Source of the DNA: Pyrodictium delaneyi
Lineage (GTDB): Archaea > Thermoproteota > Thermoprotei_A > Sulfolobales > Pyrodictiaceae
Direction of reading: 5' to 3'
Assembly (NCBI RefSeq): GCF_001412615.1
Contig: NZ_CP013011.1
Location: 1,920,001-1,952,000, forward strand
DNA length: 32,000 nucleotides
Shown here: positions 19,072 through 27,212 of the stretch, one piece after another
How positions within the stretch are numbered: the stretch's first letter is position 1
How the letters are laid out: each line of letters begins with the position of its first letter
Notes under the pieces: model-generated
What the model was told of the DNA's origin: nothing
The model's database searches: none
Seen by the model: only the letters and a program-made list of their open reading frames with translations
Program-made: the position numbers and the translations under genes

Positions 19072-20097
19072 TTAACTTTCTTTCAATATTTTTTCAAATA
19101 TAGTTTTATGCATAATAGCGCTTTTTCTCCACGTAAATTTTCGTGCACGTTCCAGACCTTTACTTATGAGCATCCTACGCAAATCCTCGTTTTCAGCTAT
19201 CATTTTCATTGCAGCTGCTATTTCTTTTGTCGAATAAGGATCTACGTAAATAGCAGCATCACCGACTACTTCAGGTAAAGCTGTTACATTAGAAGCTATG
19301 ACGGGACATCCTGAGGCTATAGCTTCTAGGGCTGGCATTCCGAAGGTTTCATGAAGCGACGGAAACACAAGTGCCAACGCACCACGATAGAGTTTTGCGA
19401 GTGCTTCTTTATCTAACCGTTTACGTATTAATATAACTCCATCAATTTCAATGTTCTTTGGATATCCGGGTATTACGAGCACTAAGTATGGTTTAGGGTC
19501 AAGATCTAAACGAGTATAAGCAGCTATTATTCGCCTTAGGTTCTTCATATTATGGAATGGGTATACATACTGTGATACATGTAAGAAGTACGGTCTATTT
19601 AGTGTTACACGCTCACCCTTTGGATTAAATATATTTAAATCTACCCCATGATAAACTACAAACACTCTCTTCTCATTAAATTTTAAGTGTTTTACTAATG
19701 TATTTTTAGCATATTTCGAGACAGTTATTATTGCACTAGAACGTCTCTTAAATATACTCCATTTAATAAGGAGCCTCGTTTTTAGTACATACCTACGTAC
19801 AAGACTTTGTAAAGGTCCTGCTCCATAAAAGTCCCATGCGGGTATATCTAAACCATAATCTCCAAGCAGCGAGATTACAAGTGGTTTACGTACTTTTACC
19901 AAGGACCACGGAGGAGTTGAAAAAGGATACCAATATAAGTCTACATCAGCTTTCGTTGATATGTCATTTTTCTTGTTTATATATATGAATTCAACACCTA
20001 ATTTTTCCATCTCTCGCGTCACATTCTCAATATAGTTCTTAAAACTCAGAATTGACACCGGTTTGTTGGAGTATATTGCTACTCTCATAACTAGCAT
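19072..20097 (-). CDS. Family 4 (GT-B, GT1-type) glycosyltransferase
   Basis: C-terminal signature [42 protein letters not shown]. Confidence 0.75.
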   Translation of the reverse strand: MLVMRVAIYSNKPVSILSFKNYIENVTREMEKLGVEFIYINKKNDISTKADVDLYWYPFSTPPWSLVKVRKPLVISLLGDYGLDIPAWDFYGAGPLQSLVRRYVLKTRLLIKWSIFKRRSSAIITVSKYAKNTLVKHLKFNEKRVFVVYHGVDLNIFNPKGERVTLNRPYFLHVSQYVYPFHNMKNLRRIIAAYTRLDLDPKPYLVLVIPGYPKNIEIDGVILIRKRLDKEALAKLYRGALALVFPSLHETFGMPALEAIASGCPVIASNVTALPEVVGDAAIYVDPYSTKEIAAAMKMIAENEDLRRMLISKGLERARKFTWRKSAIMHKTIFEKILKES

Positions 20098-20107
20098 AAC
20101 CCCTTAG

Positions 20108-20893
20108 TTAAGTTATCTTACCTGTTTTCTTGAAGAGCATTGCTGCAGCTACAGCTTTTTTCCTAGGCAGAATAGCCAATAAGTAGTAGTCTACATAATA
20201 ATCTATCTTTACAAGCATGTCGTTAACAGCCTTTGGGTAATTATCTATCCCAATTATCCCAAGTGTTTTCCGGAATATATCTCTTAGAATCCAGTAACGT
20301 ACATATTTGATCTTTACTAGTTTTGCACGCCCTCCTTTTTCAACTTCCGATACCCAGTCGTGAACAGGTCTAGCAAAAGTATTGAACCACGTCTTTTTGC
20401 GTCCACCATGAGCAATACCTTCAAGTAAAAAAATGTAACCATTAGGTTGCGTAACTCGTACAAGTTCATCTATTAGCTTACTTTGAGCATCATAATTATT
20501 GTGATGTATAACAGTTATAGAAAAAGAAAGATAAAAAGAATTATCTGGAAATGGTAAATCTGTTGAATCAATTTTATAGAAGCTTGCATTAGGAAACCGT
20601 TTCCTGGCAACTTCTATCATGTTTTCCGAGATATCAACACCCACATACTTTGCTCCATAACTTGTTATAAATGGCACCCAACGTCCCACACCACATCCAA
20701 GTTCAAGAACCTTCTTTCCCCTTAAGTCTACACCCTTCAGCATCGATGCAAATACTTTCTTCTGTATAATATCCATGGCCTTGTTTTCTATGTGCGAACG
20801 ACCGTAAGCACAGACAGCTTGGTAAATATCCTTTACCGCAAGCTTTGCTCTTTCCTCCCAATACTTCTTTGGAGAGTACTCGTTATGCATCAA
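20108..20893 (-). CDS. Class I SAM-dependent methyltransferase
   Basis: Motif I VLELGCGVGRW, followed by YVGVDISENMIEVARKRFPN. Confidence 0.7.
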   Translation of the reverse strand: MMHNEYSPKKYWEERAKLAVKDIYQAVCAYGRSHIENKAMDIIQKKVFASMLKGVDLRGKKVLELGCGVGRWVPFITSYGAKYVGVDISENMIEVARKRFPNASFYKIDSTDLPFPDNSFYLSFSITVIHHNNYDAQSKLIDELVRVTQPNGYIFLLEGIAHGGRKKTWFNTFARPVHDWVSEVEKGGRAKLVKIKYVRYWILRDIFRKTLGIIGIDNYPKAVNDMLVKIDYYVDYYLLAILPRKKAVAAAMLFKKTGKIT

Positions 20894-21260
20894 ATCTAGT
20901 CACCAGAATTGAAAGTTATAACCCGTATTATCTCCGATAAGATCTTAATAGTTGTACAAACGCTTTTAGTTTCTCTTGCGTTATCATTTCGATAATACTT
21001 TATAATATTACTAAGTTATTGAAGATGAGAATCCAGTTTTCCAACAGCTGGCATAATCTCGTTATTCCGGCTAAGCAAAGGATTTTGTCTCTTGACGATT
21101 CTCTACAATAGACATTCGAACTACGTCTAAAAACCTTCATTGATGTCTGCTAATTACCTTGCCAGCTGATAGTCTAGCAGGCCAACCCATCAATCCCTTC
21201 TTGAGACACTAGAGCTTACTTTTGTAGCCATCCTTAGAGGCCGTGAGTGTCTTTCAGTGG

Positions 21261-22052
21261 CTATGGTGTTAAGACCGTGGTGCATGTTCGTAGTAGTTGA
21301 GTTATCATAGAGGCTGTTAGTGTGGCTGCGAGGAGTGGGGCTAGTTTCTCGGGTTGGGCTCGGTGTAGGAGTTTGGCTGCGGTGGGTAGGGAGGCTAGTG
21401 CGCCGGCTGCTAGGGCTAGGGTGTTGGTGGGGTTCATGTATCCTGTGTGGGTGTAGGAGGCGGCTATGGCTATGAATGGTAGTAGTTTGGCTGCGGGTGT
21501 TAGTGCTATTGCGCTTCGTAGGTCTATGCCTGCTGCTAGCTGGGCTGTTACTATTAGTATGCTGTAGCCTCCTCCGAGGACTGCTTTGTCTAGGCCTGCC
21601 AGGGCGCCTAGGGCTGCGGCTGTGGCTGTTGTCTTCCGGGGTGGTGGGGGTTTGGTGTTGTCTCTGTTGTTGTGGTGGGCTAGGATGTAGAGGGGTGGGA
21701 TGAGTGTTGCTAGGGCTAGGGCGTATGCTAGGTGGGCTTGGCTGCTGGTGAGCCGAGCTGCTAGCGTGGCTGCTGTTAGGGCTGTGAGGGTGGAGGAGGC
21801 TGATAGCACGGTTACTACTTTCTTTGCGTCGTCGAGGGCTTCTGGGGCTATGTTTCCGGCTCTCCTGTGTGCCGCTATTGCGGGGAGTGTGGTTAGTAGC
21901 TGGGCTGCTGCGGCGGCTGCTGCTACGGCACGGGGGTCTTGGCCGAGGAGGACGACTAGGACTAGGCTGGCGGCTAGCCCGAAGCCGAGGCCGAGGCCGT
22001 AGTCTGCTAGGCCCGCTAGTAGGCCTGCTAGTAGCCAGGCGGCTGCCTCCAC
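21261..22052 (-). CDS. TauE/SafE (DUF81) family anion permease-like membrane protein
   Basis: 263-aa polytopic protein with two internally repeated halves. Gly-rich helices GLADYGLGLGFGLAASL and DKAVLGGGYSILIV resemble the GxGGG motifs of TauE/SafE. GTG start. Confidence 0.5.
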   Translation of the reverse strand: MEAAAWLLAGLLAGLADYGLGLGFGLAASLVLVVLLGQDPRAVAAAAAAAQLLTTLPAIAAHRRAGNIAPEALDDAKKVVTVLSASSTLTALTAATLAARLTSSQAHLAYALALATLIPPLYILAHHNNRDNTKPPPPRKTTATAAALGALAGLDKAVLGGGYSILIVTAQLAAGIDLRSAIALTPAAKLLPFIAIAASYTHTGYMNPTNTLALAAGALASLPTAAKLLHRAQPEKLAPLLAATLTASMITQLLRTCTTVLTP

Positions 22053-22103
22053 GACGCCTCAATCCCATTAATTACATCTAATTATGGCCGGACGGCTCCA
22101 CTC

Positions 22104-22126
22104 CTTAATAACATTTAATTAATGCC
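22104..22126. repeat. Left copy of an exact 23-bp direct repeat, cttaataacatttaattaatgcc
   Basis: Identical to 25704-25726, exactly 3600 bp away. AT-rich and TATA-like. It lies 52 nt upstream of the TauE-like gene start. Confidence 0.95.
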
Positions 22127-22606
22127 TGGCGTAGCTGGCTGTGCTGCCACGTTGGCGCAATTCTCTACTACACTCTACGTTGTTTGCCTAGACTCGCAGG
22201 CGTAGCAGCCTCGGAGTCCAGGTTCATGCAGCTATCATTCGTCCGGAGATGTTCTGTACTACTCCCCCGTGGTCGCCTGGCTGGGTGAAGCCCTGTGGCG
22301 GCGTCAATTACTCTTTTCGGAAAAACGGGCAAGAGCCCTCTGGGGCATCGCGTATGCCTTGAAGAGCCGGGCTAGCTGTGGATGGTATGATACGGGTTAC
22401 CGTCGAGCCCCAGTAGCGGCATTGGTCGACAGTGCTAGTGGGAATATACCCGCTCGGCTATATAATTGATAGCTAGCTGCAATTAATGGGATCGCGGCTC
22501 CGTTGAACGAGGAAATGCTGACCGTGGCTACAGAGGACGATCGGTCATGTGTGGTTGCTTATGTTTCCCGGGTAGAGTCCTTCCAAAGGGGTAAGCTGAA
22601 AAGGCC

Positions 22607-23029
22607 TTGTCCAGGTATACTGGTACACCCGGGGCGACTGGGTTGCCTCTAGTGCTGAAGAAGATATCTCCGGAGAAAGTTAGGCTTCTTAAAGCCGAGG
22701 CTGCTCGCCGGGGCCTCTCACCTTCCGAGGCCGTGGAGGAGGCCATCGAACTCTGGCTACGCCGGAGCAGCGTAGTGGAGGACTCGACCGCGGACGACGA
22801 GGCGTGGGAAAGGCTGCGGCCCCGGCTCCTCCGGGAAGCCCGCGGCATGTACGTTGTGATAGCCGAGGGCCGGCTAGTCGGCGTCTACGCTAGCCTCGAG
22901 GAAGCCGCTAGGGTGCTGCGCGAGCTACGCCACCGCGGGCTAAGGAGGGCTGTTCTGGTGCGGCCTGGTGTAGACGACGAGGCCGGGGGAGAGGGCGAGT
23001 GGCTGGGCGGGGCGCTGGAGCCGGCATAG
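22607..23029 (+). CDS. Ribbon-helix-helix (CopG/Arc-like) protein with a DUF5678-like C-terminal domain
   Basis: KKISPEKVRLLKAEAARRGLSPSEAVEEAIELWL is an RHH pattern. The C-terminal GMYVVIAEGRLVGVYASLEEAARVLREL resembles the small domain usually found next to archaeal retropepsin-like proteases. The real start is probably the in-frame GTG just before LKKISPEK. Confidence 0.55.
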   Translation: MSRYTGTPGATGLPLVLKKISPEKVRLLKAEAARRGLSPSEAVEEAIELWLRRSSVVEDSTADDEAWERLRPRLLREARGMYVVIAEGRLVGVYASLEEAARVLRELRHRGLRRAVLVRPGVDDEAGGEGEWLGGALEPA

Positions 23030-23415
23030 AGTGCTGGAGCTACGCGCCAGGGGTGAGGCTCCCATATCCTGTGGTCCGGCTCCGTCTCTACAACGCGGCC
23101 CTGGAGGAGTACGGCGAGATAGCCCTTCAAGTAGACACCGGGTACGAGGGCCCGATAATGCTTCCCCGTGGCGAGTACGAGTTCTTCATGATAGGCGAGC
23201 TGCCCCGGAGCCTCTGGAGGACCTACCGCACACTAACAGACACAGTCACGATGAGGGTGGCCCGCGCCGTCGTGGAGGTGGCTGGACAGCAGCTCGAGGT
23301 CTACGTCGAGTCGCCCCTCTACGGCGGAGGCAAGCGCCTCGTAGGGAGAGGGGTACTGAACAAGCTACGCCTACTCCTCGATGGCCCCTCCTCCAAGGCC
23401 TGCATCCTCGCCTAG
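22999..23415 (+). CDS. Retropepsin-like (clan AA) aspartyl protease, AF_0612-type
   Basis: Catalytic motif ALQVDTGYEGPIMLP. About 120-138 aa. It overlaps the upstream RHH gene by 31 nt if it starts at 22999. An alternative GTG is at 23053. Confidence 0.6.
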   Translation: MAGRGAGAGIECWSYAPGVRLPYPVVRLRLYNAALEEYGEIALQVDTGYEGPIMLPRGEYEFFMIGELPRSLWRTYRTLTDTVTMRVARAVVEVAGQQLEVYVESPLYGGGKRLVGRGVLNKLRLLLDGPSSKACILA

Positions 23416-23917
23416 CAACCTAGAGTGGCTGAGACGCCGTCAACTCTTTACCCTACTCGATGCACCGTACACTATTTCTGGTAAGCAGCGACACTGTCCT
23501 CATCGTGCCCGACAGAAGCCCGGCATAATCACATCGGCGGCTGGCTACACGTGCAGAGTCTCCTGGAGCCTAAAGCTGCTAGAAGAAAAGACAAGAATCC
23601 ACATAATCTGTACCGAAGAACATAAGCAGCGAAAGCGATTCTCAAGGAGAAAGATAATGATGCGCACACAACTCCTTAGTCAAATACTTCTGTCCTTGCC
23701 GGGCATGCCCTCTGCCATTGTTCAGAGCTTTCCGCACTCTGCTACTAGGGGCTATTAGAACTGGGCACTGATGCTTCCAAAGCATACCTTGGGGACTTGT
23801 AAGCTTCATATAGTGTGCAGCCCTGTGTCATAGTGAAGGGTTTTTCGCTCCTCTTAGCTTTGCCGAGAAGGAGAGGATCCTGCAGCGCTGGAGGAGGATC
23901 GTGGGTTCCACTACGCT

Positions 23918-24537
23918 TTGATGGAGCGCTCAGCTATCGGGGTACTAGAGCGCATCACAAGGCTAGAGGAAGGGGTCCAGAGGCAAGGAAAGGAGTTCCT
24001 AAAACTCCGAAAGACCAGCAGCAACCTAGAGGAGCGTTTCGCCCAACTAGAAGAGAAGTTTGTAAAGCTGGAGGAGAGACAACAAAAGCTAGAAGAACGA
24101 TTTGCGAGGCTAGGGGAGAGATAACATAAAAACAGACTAGGGCTTAAAAAGCCGGATAGCGTCTAGCTACTACGGCACACAAGCTCGGCGTGCTGAGTAA
24201 AGGCACGTCCCAGGAAGCGCTGGCAGGGTTGCCCCGGAGGTACTTTGGGGGCAAATGCTAAGAGGTAGAATGACAGCGAGGGCTTAATTTACAGCTACCC
24301 TCCCATAGTCGAGGTGAACGTAGTAGTAGTGAGGGATGAGTCCACATACTCGTAGAGGTGGAGAGCCGGGCCAATCCCAGCGATGTACTCGATCTTGCCA
24401 GAATAGCCCAGCTCTACGAGAAAGCGACCAGGACGAACCACCGGCTCATCATGGTGACCGGCTACATAGGGAGGAGGACTTATGAAGTCGCAGCTCGGAA
24501 TAATGTGGAGGTGTACGAGTACCTCGACGAAGAGTAG
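23918..24537 (+). pseudogene. Decayed DUF3782-like gene (heptad coiled-coil N-terminus plus PD-(D/E)XK-like C-terminal domain), broken by stops and frameshifts
   Basis: The intact 68-aa ORF 23918-24124 is four heptads: LEERFAQ/LEEKFVK/LEERQQK/LEERFAR. Out-of-frame remnants follow (..ALAGLPRRYFGGKC*EVE*). A 60-codon open frame at 24358-24537 reads VESRANPSDVLDLARIAQLYEKATRTNHRLIMVTGYIGRRTYEVAARNNVEVYEYLDEE. Confidence 0.45.
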
Positions 24538-24866
24538 CCCAAGTCTAGGAATTTTAGAGGAGCCACAGGGACATCCATCAGTAGAGTAGTGCTGGTAATT
24601 TCCGCACAGACACTCCCCGTGTATAGCCTACTCCGCCTTACTGTTCTTGCCGTTTACATGTATGGGCTAAGGTTTCCTTGCAGGATACACCCGAGCCGGG
24701 TTAGTGGCTGCCTCGCAGAGTTCCTGGATCCTTGCTCATCCAAGGGGTGGTACCCTTTGAGCTAGTGTTGCGAAACATAAGGAGCGTAGCTAGCTGCCCT
24801 TACGTCTCTAGACGCCTGGACAAGGCTTATAGGGGGTAAACAGTGTGTATACATGTTGGTGTATGT

Positions 24867-25157
24867 ATGTCGGTGAACATCACTGTTCGTATACCACGCA
24901 GGCTCGCAGAAAAGATGAAGAAGCACAGGGAGATCAATTGGAGCGAGGTCGTTAGGCGTAGCATCGAGGAGTACCTCAGACGCCTAGAGGAGGTCAAGCG
25001 TCTAGAGACGCCTGCAGAGCTTCTCGAAGAGCTACACAGTCTAGGTGTCGGCGTGGAGGATCTTGAACCACTGCCTCCTGACACGGAGGAGAAGTACTAT
25101 AGGGAGATGGTGGCCGAGGAGTGGAGGAGGGTAAGATCTACGACACAAGCGCGGTAA
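24867..25157 (+). CDS. vapB: VapB-type RHH antitoxin
   Basis: MSVNITVRIPRRLAEKMKKHREINWSEVVRRSIEEYL, the same family as 8564-8791. The ORF track starts at GTG 24843, but ATG 24867 fits the family N-terminus better. Confidence 0.65.
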   Translation: MSVNITVRIPRRLAEKMKKHREINWSEVVRRSIEEYLRRLEEVKRLETPAELLEELHSLGVGVEDLEPLPPDTEEKYYREMVAEEWRRVRSTTQAR

Positions 25158-25462
25158 TAGAGCTGGTAGCGCGGAGGGGTGCACCGCTAGTACCGGGCTA
25201 TATATCCGTGCTGACGGCGGTAGAGTACCCGCCAGCCGTGCCCCGTGTGTTAGGGATACTATACCCTACGAAGCAGGACTACCGGCTCGCTATAGCGTGG
25301 CAGGCTCGGCTCCGCAAACTCGGCACACCGATGCCAGCAGTAGACCTCGTCATAGCAGCCCAGGCCTACAACAACGGCATGGAGCTAGTAGCACTCGACA
25401 AACACTTCAAGCTACTAAAGGAGAAGATAGCACCAGACATCAAGTTGACTGATAAACTCTAA
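25121..25462 (+). CDS. vapC: PIN-domain toxin VapC
   Basis: The KIYDTSAVIEL N-terminus and the later VDLVIAAQA segment are typical of PIN/VapC. It overlaps the antitoxin gene by 37 nt. Confidence 0.65.
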   Translation: MEEGKIYDTSAVIELVARRGAPLVPGYISVLTAVEYPPAVPRVLGILYPTKQDYRLAIAWQARLRKLGTPMPAVDLVIAAQAYNNGMELVALDKHFKLLKEKIAPDIKLTDKL

Positions 25463-25703
25463 GCATCAACCCTGGCTGCCAATACTACAATCAGCCTCCC
25501 AGAGGAGGTCTACCGAAGCCAGAACACTGGCCCCCGGGATCCAGAGAGAGGGCCTGGTTATGACTACCTGTTCTAGGCCTACGTTCTCGGGCTAACTTCC
25601 TGACCCATTATCGTCAAATACAGCCATCTTGCTCAGCCAGGGCTAGGAGTAGGGCTAAGAACTTTCGAAAGAGAGCCTTGTAGGCCTTAGGCTAGCCCCG
25701 TTT

Positions 25704-25726
25704 CTTAATAACATTTAATTAATGCC
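25704..25726. repeat. Right copy of the exact 23-bp direct repeat, cttaataacatttaattaatgcc. Probable promoter/operator of the RHH-sat operon.
   Basis: Identical to 22104-22126. It ends 37 nt upstream of the GTG start at 25764. Confidence 0.95.
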
Positions 25727-25763
25727 CTGTAGGGCCTCCGCTTCTATGGGGGTTTGAGACGCT

Positions 25764-26000
25764 GTGACTGAGACGGGGAGGAGGACGCGCTACACCACTG
25801 TCTCTATACCTGTGACGCTCTACGAGAGGATAAAGAGGCTGATAGAGGGGACGGGGTTCACTAGTGTCTCCCAGTTTGTCACCTACGTGCTCCGAGAAGT
25901 GGTGGCGGAGATGGAGGAGGAGAAGCTGAGGAGTAGTGGGGTCACTGAGGAGGAGAAGCGGGAGATCATTGAGAGGCTTAAGCGCCTAGGCTACATATAG
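25764..26000 (+). CDS. CopG/RHH-family DNA-binding protein (paralog A) with a conserved C-terminal ..ERLKRLGYI tail
   Basis: TTVSIPVTLYERIKRLIEGTGFTSVSQFVTYVLREVV is an RHH beta-strand plus two helices. It is the first gene of the sat operon. Confidence 0.7.
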   Translation: MTETGRRTRYTTVSIPVTLYERIKRLIEGTGFTSVSQFVTYVLREVVAEMEEEKLRSSGVTEEEKREIIERLKRLGYI

Positions 26001-26034
26001 CAAGACGTCCCGTCCATGCCATGAAGGGTGGAGG

Positions 26035-27204
26035 GTGTCTAGAGCCGTGGTCTCTAGGCCGCATGGAGGCCGGCTTGTGGACAGGGTTGCGCGTGGCCGT
26101 AGCCGGGAGAGGCTACTGGCCGAGGCCCGGGAGATGCCCCGGCTAGAGCTCAGCGATAGCCTGGCGGCTGACGCTGCCAACATAGCTCACGGGGTCTATA
26201 GTCCTCTCGAGGGCTTCATGGTGCAGGAGGATTACCAGAGTGTGCTCCACGACATGAGGCTTAGCAGCGACCTCCCCTGGACTATCCCGATAGTCCTCGA
26301 CGCCTCTCCCGAGGAGCTGGCCGGGGTAAGGGAGGGGGATGAGATAGCCCTCTACTACCGGGGCGGGCCGCTAGCAGTGCTACGAGTCGAGGAGATATAC
26401 GGCTGGGACCGTAGGGAGTACGCTCTCAGCGTCTACAAGACGACGGACCCCGGGCACCCGGGTGTGGCCAGGCTCGCCCGGAGGAAGGAGCTGTTTGTGG
26501 GCGGCCCGATACTGCTAGTCGAGGAGCCCCCGGAGCCGTTCGAGAAGGTCCGGCTCTGGCCGAAGGAGACCAGGGTGCTGTTCGAGGCGCGGGGCTGGAG
26601 GACTATAGCAGCATTCCAGACCCGTAACGTGCCGCACCTGGGCCACGAGTACGTGCAGAAGGCTGCGCTCACCTTCACCGACGGGTTGTTCATCAACCCG
26701 CTTGTGGGCTGGAAGAAGCCCGGCGACTACCGGGACGAGGTCATAGTCGAGGCCTACCAGGCACTCATAAGACACTACTACCCCAGGGAGAGCGTGGTCT
26801 TCAGCGTCCTAAGGATGGAGATGAGGTACGCAGGGCCCCGGGAGGCGATACACCACGCCATAGTCCGGAAGAACTTCGGTGCCACCCACTTCATCGTCGG
26901 CCGGGACCACGCCGGCGTCGGCAGCTACTACGGTCCCTACGAGGCCTGGGAGCTCTTCCGAGAGTTCCCCGACCTGGGTATAACACCGCTCTTCGTAAGG
27001 GAGGCGTTCTACTGCCGGAAGTGCGGCCAGATGGTCAACGAGAAGATATGCCCACACCCAGAGGAGTACCGGGTACGCATCAGCGGCACAAAGCTACGCC
27101 GGATGATAAAGTCCGGGGAGAAGCCGCCAGAGTACATGATGCGGCCCGAGGTGGCCGAGATCATACTAAGGCACCCGAGCCCCTTCATAGAGGAGCAGCA
27201 GTAG
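26035..27204 (+). CDS. sat: Sulfate adenylyltransferase (ATP sulfurylase)
   Basis: PHGGRLVDRV N-terminus, AFQTRNVPHLGHEYV (QTRNxxHxGH), VGRDHAGVG and a Cys/His cluster CRKCGQMVNEKICPHP. Confidence 0.9.
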   Translation: MSRAVVSRPHGGRLVDRVARGRSRERLLAEAREMPRLELSDSLAADAANIAHGVYSPLEGFMVQEDYQSVLHDMRLSSDLPWTIPIVLDASPEELAGVREGDEIALYYRGGPLAVLRVEEIYGWDRREYALSVYKTTDPGHPGVARLARRKELFVGGPILLVEEPPEPFEKVRLWPKETRVLFEARGWRTIAAFQTRNVPHLGHEYVQKAALTFTDGLFINPLVGWKKPGDYRDEVIVEAYQALIRHYYPRESVVFSVLRMEMRYAGPREAIHHAIVRKNFGATHFIVGRDHAGVGSYYGPYEAWELFREFPDLGITPLFVREAFYCRKCGQMVNEKICPHPEEYRVRISGTKLRRMIKSGEKPPEYMMRPEVAEIILRHPSPFIEEQQ

Positions 27205-27212
27205 AGAGGGAG

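Larger units (their letters stand above)
15150..21200. other. AT-rich genomic island carrying glycan-modification genes, probably horizontally acquired
   Basis: Hand counts: 19/60 GC at 18061-18120 and 17/60 at 19621-19680, against 40/60 at 13021-13080. The proteins are rich in Ile/Lys/Asn/Tyr, unlike the Ala/Arg/Leu/Gly-rich flanks. Boundaries are approximate. Confidence 0.75.

Noticed and set aside
15150-21200. AT-rich island as an integrated virus, plasmid or transposon
   Set aside because: It has no integrase, transposase, tRNA target, or terminal inverted or long direct repeats. Only a 9-nt match (tgtagccat, near 15232 and 21224) occurs near both edges, which is within chance expectation. 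I keep it as a compositional island only.
21190-22068. 292-aa ORF rich in Pro/Ser/Arg (RPRPRLRASRQPSPSRPP...)
   Set aside because: It is on the same strand but in a different frame from the TauE-like membrane protein (21261-22052). Its composition is typical of an off-frame read of a GC-rich Ala/Leu/Gly gene.
23381-24129. ORFs 23381-23758 and 23815-24129
   Set aside because: They have no recognisable family and odd composition. The second is an alternative frame of the coiled-coil ORF. I treat them as non-coding or decayed DNA.
27021-27212. N-terminal 64-codon extension of the third AP-family ORF, overlapping sat
   Set aside because: The extension (MRPDGQREDMPTPRG...) is simply the +1 frame of the sat 3' end staying open. 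Homology to the paralogs begins at ..RRVFVLGLDS, so the start was moved to TTG 27213/27225.
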